Below are positions 1 to 9,563 of a DNA stretch of 64,000 nt, one piece after another. The translations under genes were made by a program, and so were the position numbers. Every line of letters begins with the position of its first letter. The first letter of the stretch is position 1. A model generated the notes under the pieces. That model saw only the letters and a program-made list of their open reading frames with translations, made no database searches and had not been told where the DNA came from. The stretch comes from Monosiga brevicollis MX1 (Eukaryota), in contig NW_001865091.1 in assembly GCF_000002865.3 (NCBI RefSeq), positions 25,332 through 89,331 of the forward strand. The letters run 5' to 3'.

Positions 1-137
1 TCGTGCTGGAAGTCGCGCGTGAGGTCGGTGCGAGCCTCAAAGTTTCTGGTGGCAGCAGCGCGAGCAGCGCTTTGCACAGCGCCACGGCTACGAGTGACTC
101 GCTGGTCAACAGGAGTATGCATAACACTAAATGGCAT
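1..137 (-). CDS. Putative 5' end of the gag/gag-pol ORF of a copia-type LTR retrotransposon (runs off the left end)
   Basis: ATG at 137 in a CCACCATG context opens MPFSVMHTPVDQRVTRSRGAVQSAARAAATRNFEARTDLTRDFQH with no stop to the window edge. It lies ~260 bp downstream of the PBS on the same strand. The gag identity rests on position only. Confidence 0.45.
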   Translation of the reverse strand, partial: MPFSVMHTPVDQRVTRSRGAVQSAARAAATRNFEARTDLTRDFQH

Positions 138-393
138 GGTGGCGATGATCAAGGAAGGGATACGTATGCAAAGAAAAACGAAAAGAACAAGCAAGCAAGC
201 AGGCAAACAAGAAAAAGTATGACAATTTACAGCAAAGCGAACAGAGAGGTTTTTGATGAAATTGAATCGTTTTAAAAGCACAAAAACAGAGCACAGCAAG
301 CAGAAGACACAGGGAGGAAGCAGGAGGGGAACGGAGCAGCTGGAGAGCGCAAGGCAGGGTAACGAAAGAGAGGTTGGAAGAGTACACAACCGA

Positions 394-404
394 GGCCCAT
401 AACC
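394..404 (-). other. Primer-binding site GGTTATGGGCC (internal/half tRNA-iMet primer, copia type)
   Basis: The minus strand reads ...CCTTTAATA|GGTTATGGGCC, directly abutting the LTR end. It is complementary to the GGCCCAUAACC anticodon-arm segment of initiator tRNA-Met, which Drosophila copia and Ty5-type elements use as primer. Confidence 0.8.
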
Positions 405-1097
405 TATTAAAGGTATGTGTCCAGTACAGTGTAATGTGTGTGGACAAGGCGATTGTCACAGAGGTATCCAACCAGTCGAAGTGTACACGAGAACATGGAT
501 TGAAGCAAGGCGAAGGAACAAGACAGAACAAGACAGAAGGAGGGAAGTGGAACGACCGAGGTCAAGAAGGAAAATGGTACCGATCCAGGGAGATCGCTCC
601 CATTTATAGCAGGTGGAAACACACACACACAGTGGAGACAGAGAATGGACTATCACACTGAAGACAGGTGGAAGCTATATAGCATAGCTTGTGCTGTGAT
701 GGCTTGTAGTTGTGATGTGTGACTGCCTTTTTATGTGTCTTGTGTTTAAAATGGCCGTATCTCTGGTTATACTTGGTCGTTTTGTACGATTTTTGTTTCT
801 ATGTGCGTGATTCTTCGCGCTTGTACTTCTTGGCATGATAAAAGCCAGTGAATGTAACTTGTTCTCTTGTGTTGTTTTGCGTGACGTAGTGATTTTGATG
901 TCGGGGTTGCACAGCTTTGCTTTCAGCTCTGAGGTTCAAACACCTAATTTATTAAGCTATATCAGCAATCTGTTGGGACCAACAGATGCCACAACAAGAT
1001 GGTACAACCAGATGTTACACAACAAGGTGGGACAACATCAAGTACCAGAGGACACACAACGTGGTAAAGTATACCGTCTCAGATTGTGCCTCTAATA
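405..1097 (-). mobile_element. 5' LTR of a Ty1/copia-type retrotransposon, carrying a 273-bp internal insertion
   Basis: Terminal inverted repeats TATTAGAGG...CCTTTAATA (8/9 match) on the minus strand, with the PBS immediately after. TATAAATGGGAG TATA-like box at ~597-608. The 3' ~186 bp is repeated inverted at 2394-2580 and ends at the same AATA. The outer edge truncates the CRE RLE frame at 1098. Confidence 0.75.
681..953 (+). mobile_element. Short insertion, probably a 5'-truncated non-LTR 3' UTR, inside the LTR
   Basis: Flanked by an exact 9-bp direct repeat AAGCTATAT (672-680 and 954-962). 690-926 aligns by eye, inverted, to 2674-2910. Confidence 0.6.
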
Positions 1098-2393
1098 GTT
1101 GCGGCAGTGCAGGTCGATGCGGCAGCTCTGACCATTGGCGTTGTAGCCAGACTTTTCCACCCAGACATGGGAGAGGGTGGCGTACCTGAGCAGGCGGCCC
1201 ATCTCGTCGCGAAGGGCATTGTGACGCTTGATGGGACGACAGGTCAGCAGGTGCTCGCGGGTCAGTCGCGGCTGAGGTGTCTTGCTGCTGCAGACTTGTC
1301 CGTCGGCTTGACGTTGATGAGTTCATGGAGGCCAAAACCCATCATGGACACGACCGCAATGGCAAAGGTCGTGTCACTCAATCGACGTAACCTGTCTCGA
1401 CCCCGCATGGTCAAGACAGTGCTGACGCCCCACTCGCATGAGGCCAGATATGCCTGCTGCAGGTCCAGCGCGCACTTGGCCATCAGGTCGTCAAGTACCG
1501 CCTTGGAGCGGAGGGCAATGATCTCAGCTGGTCGCTGGGTGGCCGCGTCCTTGACCGTGGCCATCTGGAAGCCAGCTCGCTGTACGTGAACCTCAAAGTC
1601 GGCAGCCCTCGATGCATCCTCCAAGAGTCGATCGAAGACCCGAGGGTAGCGAGTGGCCAGCTTGGCCATGTTGCAGACATAAGCCACCGGACCGCGCTCA
1701 ACCAAGTCGTGCAGGCCAACGCCCCCGGTGTTGGCCCGCGTGAAGATGCGAGCCTCCAGGAGCTGTTCCAGCGTAACGTCATGACCTTCAGCTCCAGCTG
1801 GTGCAGACAGGTTTACCTTGGCAAAAAAGGCTTTGACAAAGGTGTCCTTGCAAGCACGGTTCAAGAGCTCGGACAGGCCCGACGTCAGACTCGGGGGCAG
1901 CGTGTAGAGGTGATTGATGAGGCTAGGCACATACTGCATGGCCGTGAGGAGGGCCTGAAGCGAGACACCGGTCGTCAGCATGTCATTGAGCTTGCCAGCA
2001 ATGTGCTTCGCCTTGTCGTTCAGCTGCTTCTTCATCCACTCGTGACGGCCAATCAGTGTTCCCAAGACCGTCATGCCCGTGTTGGCCGTCTCACGCACGG
2101 CATCTGGCAAGACAGACTTGATAGCAGCGATGGAAGCGGGATGGTGGCGAGGCATGTAGAAGCGGCTCTTTCTGGGCTGCAGATGGAGGCCAGCAGACTC
2201 TGCACGAGCCTTGACAATCTCCACGTCGGCTGCCACGTCCTCGGCGGGACCCATCAGTACAATGTCATCGAGCTACTTGATGACCTTGCAGCGATAGTCA
2301 GTGGTGGCGTCGAGGAGACCGAGGACCTCACAGGAGTACAGGGCAAAGAAGAAGGGCGATAGTTCGTTGCCCTGCACAATGCCTTGGCCAACT
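1098..2393 (-). pseudogene. Degenerate CRE-clade non-LTR retrotransposon fragment (RT C-half, CCHC zinc finger, start of restriction-like endonuclease)
   Basis: RT motifs GIVQGNELSPFFF and K*LDD, where the Tyr codon of YLDD is TAG at 2273-2275, followed by LGTLIG and GGVGL. After a frameshift at ~1293 it reads CSSKTPQPRLTREHLLTC-RPIKRHN...VEK...RID (CCHC + RHN + RxD of RLE). Truncated at both ends. Confidence 0.85.
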
Positions 2394-2580
2394 TCCCTGG
2401 ATCGGTACCATTTTCCTTCTTGACCTCGGTTGTTCCACTTCCCTCCTTCTGTCTTGTTCTGTCTTGTTCCTTCGCCTTGCTTCAATCCATGTTCTCGTAT
2501 GCACTTCGATTGGTTGGATACCTCTGTGACAATCGCCTTGTCCACACACATTACACTGTACTGGACATACACCTTCAATA
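2394..2580 (+). mobile_element. Partial LTR (3' portion) of the same copia family
   Basis: Near-identical inverted copy of 405-591, ending ...CCTTCAATA. It is not followed by the GGTTATGGGCC PBS. Confidence 0.75.
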
Positions 2581-2673
2581 TGGTGTGCTCGATTCAGATC
2601 TGCTCGGACCCTTTCACCGTAGTCTGGGTTGATTGGGCTTGTCCTCCTTGGCCGTCCCTCTTTGTAATCATTT

Positions 2674-3330
2674 CTGAAAGCAAAGCTGTGCAACCCCGAC
2701 ATCAATATCACGACGGCACGCAAAACAACTCAAGAGACCGACACACTTTCATCGGCTGTTATAATGCCGACAAGTACAAGCGCCAAGGATCACGCACGAG
2801 GAGACAAACATTGTGGAAAACGACCAAGTATCACCAGAGATACAGTCATTTCAAACATAAGACACCCAAAACGGCAGTCACGCATCACAACTACAAGCTT
2901 TCACAGCGCGAACACCAAGAGCAACACGGCACGCTCACACACAACAAGACACAACGTCGGGATGAAGAACACAACCAACCACAGATCAAAAAGACATCAA
3001 CGAAAGACTTCACAAGAATACAGCAAAATTCCAAAATATTTAACAAAAATCTGTCAGGCGGAGGCCGGTTTTGGGTTGCGAAGAAGCGCGTAGGTTTGAG
3101 GAGGCGCTTTGAGAGAGGTTTGAGAGGCGTCTGTCGGGACGGAGCGAAAGCTGTGGTGGTGTTTTGAGGTCAATTGAACCAGCTGCGGTCCGCAAGCATT
3201 CACAGTGACCAGACCAGGTGCCGCTCAATCCCAAGGATAGGGAAAGTGCAACCCGTACCCGACCGCAGGTGTCACAACACAGGGCAACAACAGTAGTGGC
3301 AAGCTTATCGCCCCAAGGCATGTGCCAGGA
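2674..3330 (-). mobile_element. Degraded 3' end of a CRE-like element (RLE C-terminal remnant plus TG-rich 3' UTR)
   Basis: 2674-2910 is homologous to the 681-953 insert. Upstream, the minus frame gives DKLATTVVALCCDTCG, resembling DKTHVVALAMTTTGG of the RLE at 7573-7995. The left part is well supported; the upper boundary is approximate. Confidence 0.45.
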
Positions 3331-3819
3331 ATCGTGGTGTCTAAGTGTAGGTGTGCTTGTGTGAGGTCACAGCAGCTATGGGGGTTTCAGTGGGAAGACC
3401 CATACTGATCGAAACCGAGTGTGTGAAAGCAGTGGGAGTGCTCAAATGCGTGGAAGCGAGCCTGGCAGTTTGGTCTCAATGCTCGTGCCAGATTCGACCC
3501 TTGGACACCACTTGCTCCTAAGCGAACCCTGTTGACTGGAAGTGGGTGGCAGGTTGCCGCCTTATGTGTACGTTTTGGGCTTCAATGGGATGGGAAAATT
3601 AGGGTTTGACTCATGAATGTGCATTTGAATATCTTAAAAGCCTAAATTTATTACGTGTGAGTAAAATAGTTGAATGGTTCCAAAAAAAAAAAGTCTCACG
3701 CCACACAGGAAATGGCGGTAACTGTCTGATGAGCATAGTAAGCATAATGTCATCTCTGTTAATCAACAAAGCAAGCTATGATCGTGTTTCGTTGAGTCGA
3801 GGGTCAGATGAACATTAGT

Positions 3820-6800
3820 TCAGTCCCGTGAGGGCCAAGGTCGCAAGGCGTGGCACGATGCGGTCACACTGCGTGTTCTGAATCCGTGCTGATGGAACAC
3901 GCATGTGCGATTGCTCTCAAGGGTACAGCCATCACAATGTCCGGTGGGATAAGGTAGAAGAATGGTGAACAATTTGCTTTTGGCTTGAGCGTTAACGGTC
4001 AAGTTGAAATCAAATGATCCAACGGTGGCCTCGATGATCAGTGCACAGCTGACATCACAGCCCAGCTGCGAGGAATGATAGTCTATTTGCCCACCGTCTG
4101 CAAAAGTTGCTATGGAGGTCACAGCATTGTCGTGGAGTCGAGTGTAAATCGCACTGCGCTCAGACAAATTGAACTTCAGCTCGCGCATGAGGGTATTGAG
4201 GGTATCATCCGCTCGCTTCAAAGGCACGGCAGGCAGCATCAGGTAAGCCGCAGCATTGGGCAGCGGCTGAGCCAGAGTCCACTTGACATAAAAACGCTCA
4301 ACGGTTTGAGTCCGATTTGAGTCACCAATAGAGATCCAGTTGCCCGAGGACGTGCCCCTGAATATATCCAGGGAGCCAGAGGCAGACGAATTGATGGCAA
4401 AAATTGTATTGTCATGATGAATCCAGGCAACGCTTTCAGCCGGCAAAGTGATAAGTTGATGCGACATGATGCTGATGCGCTTGCCGTTTCGCAGAGCCAC
4501 GGTCACGGATCCTGCAGCTCGGCAATCTGCAAGTGTAAAGATGACTGGCATGCTGACAGGCCCAGAGATTTGTTGTGCGGTAGCCACTAACACGTCTGGA
4601 AACATGGCCCAGCTGCGTACGCATTTTAGGGGGCGAGGTTTCGAGAATTGTGTCATAAAGGTGGCACCAAGTTTGCCGTTGCTGACTCCACCAACATCTG
4701 AGGTCAACGACCTCATGTAGGTCGATTTGCACGTGGGTTTGTTGGGAAGCTATGCATGTGAGGCGAGCGGGATGATGAGTAAAATCAATACTTTTGTTCT
4801 GATAGAGGAGGGGAGGGGGGCGTACGGATCGCGCACATACCTGCTCAAGCAGGGCTCCAGGAAGCTGCTGCCAATCCCAGACTGGAAAGATGTTGTCATA
4901 TTCATGACCCGTGTAGTAGAGAGCTACCGTGCCGCTCGCAGTGAGCTGACTTTGCTTGCCCTCATTGTTGATGCACCGCGCATTTGTCGATAGGGATGAG
5001 AACATGTGTATGCTGTATTGATAGCCCGGGCCACGCATGATGGCGTAGTCACTGTCAAAGAAGTAGCGGTGTCCGAGAAGGGTTGTTCCGGAGTCATTGC
5101 GCGCCAGGCGAAGAGCGAAATTCAGAAACTCGTCGCGACGAGTTGAGTTGAGGGCAGCAAGATGGTCGACATTGAAATCCACACGGTGCACGCCAGGCGG
5201 GCGGGCGATGATGCGTCCAGTGACAGCAAAATCCCAGACTTCGTCTGAGCCGACGGACATCCAGGCTTGGCCATCGAGGACAAGTCTTGCAAAGTTGTGC
5301 AAGTGCTTTGGGGATATGTAGAAGCTGGTGTCACGTGCCAAATGCACAATGTTAAGGACGAAATTCGTGTAGTTGGCGCCATAGCTACCAGTGAGGTGTT
5401 GACCTCGATGTTGACTGAAAGAGCCATCATGATTGATGCCATCGTGCTTCGAGGATATCATAGATGCGCTGGCATAGACAGTGTCCAAGGCGCGAGAAAC
5501 TTCGGAAGGTTGGCCTTCAAAAGCAGAGCGTAAGACATCGACATACGCCTGCCAAACCTGCAGGTTGCGCCAGGGCAGCGAAAAAGCGACATGAGTTTGA
5601 ACCCTTTCTTGCAGATGATACTGGAAAATGCGGCGCAAGCGGTGCAAGAGCTTGGGTTGGTGCGAGGGCCTTGGGCTTACCAGGTTTGCACCAGTCAGGC
5701 TCGACCACCTGGCGCGATTTAAAGTGGGAATGGCCTTGTTGTAGATGGAACGAGGGATGGCTTCGGGTCCGATGAGGACAAAGGTGGCAGCGAGGGCTTG
5801 GGGAACGGCAATATCGTTCCACCACCTAAGCAGCAGTAAGGTTTGCCGAAAAGGGAGGAGAGAGAGAGATAGTTTGAGAGTTTGAGAGAGAGAGTTTGAG
5901 AGAGAGAGATAGTTTGAGAGTTTGAGAGAGAGGGAGAAACAGAAGGAGGAGGAGAAGGAGGAGGAGGAGGAATGGCGACAAGGAACCAGAGGGTTGCAAC
6001 AAAGTTAGGGATCGCACGGGACCAGGGGGAGAGATGTGGCAGAACTTTAGTAGACTGCGGTCGGACAGACAAGGCAATCGTACCAGTTTTGAGAGGTGAG
6101 GTGATGCGGAGCCAGCGTTCAGTNNNNNNNNNNNNNNNNNNNNNNNNNNNNNNNNNNNNNNNNNNNNNNNNNNNNNNNNNNNNNNNNNNNNNNNNNNNNN
6201 NNNNNNNNNNNNNNNNNNNNNNNNNNNNNNNNNNNNNNNNNNNNNNNNNNNNNNNNNNNNNNNNNNNNNNNNNNNNNNNNNNNNNNNNNNNNNNNNNNNN
6301 NNNNNNNNNNNNNNNNNNNNNNNNNNNNNNNNNNNNNNNNNNNNNNNNNNNNNNNNNNNNNNNNNNNNNNNNNNNNNNNNNNNNNNNNNNNNNNNNNNNN
6401 NNNNNNNNNNNNNNNNNNNNNNNNNNNNNNNNNNNNNNNNNNNNNNNNNNNNNNNNNNNNNNNNNNNNNNNNNNNNNNNNNNNNNNNNNNNNNNNNNNNN
6501 NNNNNNNNNNNNNNNNNNNNNNNNNNNNNNNNNNNNNNNNNNNNNNNNNNNNNNNNNNNNNNNNNNNNNNNNNNNNNNNNNNNNNNNNNNNNNNNNNNNN
6601 NNNNNNNNNNNNNNNNNNNNNNNNNNNNNNNNNNNNNNNNNNNNNNNNNNNNNNNNNNNNNNNNNNNNNNNNNNNNNNNNNNNNNNNNNNNNNNNNNNNN
6701 NNNNNNNNNCTACGAGCTGAGCGTTTGATCGTCATAGTCGAGGTTGTCAAACGTGCAGCTCGGGGTCAGGGATGCCAGGTAGGCGTCGGCGTCAGCCTGA

Positions 6801-7081
6801 GCTTGGGCGAGCTGGTGGGGCTGGATTTGCAGGGACGCAACCAACTGCTGATAGAGCCTGTAAAAATCGTGGCAGTGCGGGGGAACGGCGGCTGCTCGTT
6901 GTGGCTGCGTCAAGTCGGGAAAGCATTCACCTGATGGCAGTTGCATCTGGCTGGCGCCATGTGGCACGATCGAGTCCTCCTGGCCAGGGTCTGGTGTTTG
7001 TGCGACTCGTGGTTTGGCAGCAATCGTAGTTGTTGCCATGACCGCTGCCACAACAAGCAGCATGCACCGGCCCAAGGCCAT
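3820..7081 (-). CDS. Secreted polysaccharide lyase family 8 (chondroitin AC/hyaluronate/xanthan lyase-like), multi-exon, spans an N gap
   Basis: Signal peptide MALGRCMLLVVAAVMATTTIAA. PL8 motifs: FDNLDYDD, NW|WWNDIAVP, TGANL|VW, DGINHDGSFSQH..GSYG, DFAVTGRIIAR, NNEG, FPVWDWQQLPG, VGGVSNG, WIHHD. Exons ~7081-gap, gap-6084, 5826-5681, 5557-4841 and 4749-3820, with in-frame GT-AG junctions. Confidence 0.9.
6124..6709. other. Assembly gap (N run)
   Basis: Run of N. Confidence 1.
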
Positions 7082-7309
7082 GATGCGCGCGCTCGCTCGC
7101 CCCGCCCATGCACCACAAACTACTGAACAAGCAGAGACGGAAAAGAAGCGCTCCGTGGTCGTGGTCGTGGCGGGTTTCGGCTCCACATGAAAAAATGTCG
7201 CATTTTGAAACTTGTCTCATCAAGGAGAAAGGAGAGCGGGGCGAGTGAAGTGTGGGAGAAGGAGAGAGAGATGTGTGGGAGAAAGAGGGGTTTAGGTTTT
7301 TAGGTTTTG

Positions 7310-7424
7310 AGAGATTGAGAGAGATTTAGAGAGAGAGAGAGATTTAGAGAGAGAGAGAGAGAGCGAGAGTGAGATTCAGAGAGAGAGAGATTGAGAGAGA
7401 TTTAGAGAGAGAGGAGGGAGAGAG
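7310..7424. repeat. (GA)n-rich microsatellite with TTTA/TT interruptions (left half of the CRE target)
   Basis: Directly visible. Confidence 0.9.
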
Positions 7425-7432
7425 AGCTTTAG

Positions 7433-8008
7433 TTTGGTCGGTTTGAGAAAGAGAGAAAGACACAAAGGAAAAGTACAACTACCACATGTAACAACAACAG
7501 GGAAACAAAAGGAACAAACACCACTGAAAAACAACAACCAACGACAACACTAAATACCAAGGGAGTCCACCCCTAAGAGTGACTCATGGTTCTCATAAAT
7601 AACGAAAGGACTCTACACCCAAAGACCCAAAGCCCCTGCCCAAAGTGGCGCACCAACATGTCCTTGTTGGCAATGTGCAGGGTCGCCGTGAGCCGCTCCT
7701 TCCAGCGTGTAGCGAAGTTCTCCTCCAGCCCAGGCTGGTAGACTCCGCTATTCTCCGCCACCACGGCAAGTCGTCGCAGCAGACTAAGAAAATCAGAGCC
7801 AAGTCCTCCGGTCGTGGTCATCGCCAAGGCGACAACGTGAGTTTTGTCATTGTTGAAACCTTTGTACTTGGACATCTTCTGCTTCTCAGCCTCCTTCATC
7901 GCCTTGCCAACCGTCCACTCTCCGGTACCCGCCGCAGGTTGTGCAGAGACCACGGTCACGTCCAGCCCCAGGAAACTCTTCTGTGCGCCGTACATGCCGG
8001 TGCCAAAA
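7433..8008 (-). mobile_element. 5'-truncated CRE-like non-LTR retrotransposon (RLE C-terminus plus 3' UTR) with an 8-bp TSD
   Basis: Open frame GLDVTVVS...AEKQKMSKY...VVALAMTTTGGLG, typical of the D..(V/T)..KxxKY half of RLE domains. Stop at 7573, then a TG-rich UTR. Exact direct repeat AGCTTTAG at 7425-7432 and 8009-8016. Confidence 0.85.
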
Positions 8009-8014
8009 AGCTTT

Positions 8015-8195
8015 AGAGAGAGAGAGAGCGAGAGAGAGATTCAGAGAGAGAGGGGGAGAGAGATGTAGAGAGAGAGAGAGATGTAGAGAGAGAGAGAGAT
8101 TTAGAGAGAGAGAGAGATTTAGAGAGAGATTTAGAGAGAGATTTAGCGAGAGAGCGAGAGAGCGAGAGCGAGAGAGATTTAGAGAATGAGAGAGA
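8015..8195. repeat. (GA)n-rich microsatellite (right half of the CRE target)
   Basis: Directly visible. Confidence 0.9.
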
Positions 8196-9563
8196 CACAC
8201 GCACAAATACGCACACACACAGAGCACGAAAAAAAAGCACATAATTTTGAAACGAGCACAAATGCCGGAATGCACAAACGAGAGAAAAACACCACGCGCA
8301 CAGGCTCGAGGTGCATGTATGCACGTGTTTCTTGCGCGGATGGAGCAATCATTGGTGAGTTGCCAATGAATTGCTTCTTTCTCGTGGTGAGCATGTGTTT
8401 TTAGCAGGTAAGACGTGACTGGTCAGAGGAGGCGACGAAGCAGGGGCCAAACTCGAGCCTGGGTGAGATTGAGGTCAAAGAGAGAAACAAGCGTTTGTCA
8501 TCTGGCGGCACATACTTATGCCACGGTGCGATCGCAGTGCTGAAGTCGGGGCCGCATCGCCTCGGCAAGAGGACCCAGCTGCATCAACTTGGGGAAAGGG
8601 GAGATACACACAGACACACAGATACACACAGACACACAATGGTTCTGGACAAGGCACACAGATGGCCTTCTCTTCTCACATCGATGCAAAGCTTGCGGGA
8701 CTTGTCCCCACTTTTCCAATCATCAATGACGATGCGATTTGTTTCCTCCCCTTTGCCTTGTTGCCAAGTTCTACTTCCTCCCAAAGCGGCAAAGAAAGGT
8801 TGTCACTGGTAGAAATGTGATTGTAATTCGTTGGTTGATCACACAAGGTTCGCGCTCATCAATTTGGGCAAACAATCTGATTGCTTCGGCAACACCACGC
8901 GAGGCCTGCTTCTGTTGAGGAAAGTCGTAGAATTCAGTCACAAACACACTCTCTGCGCCACGTAGGACGCGGAGACATAAACAACAAGAAAAATATATTC
9001 ATGAACACTTCTGGGACAAGGGCACATCCCGCTCGTGCAGACAACAGATCCGTCTCCACAGACCAGAGTGGTCGGGGTCTGGCGCACTTGGCAAAGATGA
9101 CTTTGCATGAGCTCACTTCAACAGAGGGGGGGGACACAGCTAACAAACAACCAAACTAACAACACAAGCACATTCGGTCAACGGCACTAAAACACGGTCA
9201 ACACAGTGACATGATCTGTCAAATTGGATAAAACAAGGATAGGTACACCAAAAAGAAAAAGGCATCACATGCATCATGCTCGCGCGCGCGCACGCACCAA
9301 AAAACAAAAAACAAAAACAAAAAAGATACAGCAACAACAAGAAAGGAAGGTTTGCGAGCAAAGATACAGCGAGGACCAGGGCTGGACACGAGTTGACATG
9401 CACAACCCCAATCTTCCACGGAGCGACGGCACAAGAGCTTCAATATAGAACACATGACAGAAGACAACGGCGCACAAGTTCCATTCCGACCAGTTAAAAC
9501 CGGATTGAGCGGAACTCAAACACCAATATCCAGATGTGTGTCGTAAGTCTCGACGCGAGCCCG

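Noticed and set aside
2390..2580. The 186-bp block as a small insertion or intron in the RT with a GAAG duplication, restoring HIEVGQG
   Set aside because: Homology with 405-591 extends through TATT, and the other copy abuts a PBS, so the block is better explained as an LTR end.
2581..2600. TGGTGTGCTC after the second LTR as a standard tRNA 3'-end PBS
   Set aside because: I could not match it to a specific tRNA, and the sister LTR uses the internal iMet PBS.
6084..6123. In-frame TGA or frameshift in the PL8 exon, suggesting a pseudogene
   Set aside because: It lies within 40 bp of a contig end, where base errors are likely; all other exons are intact.
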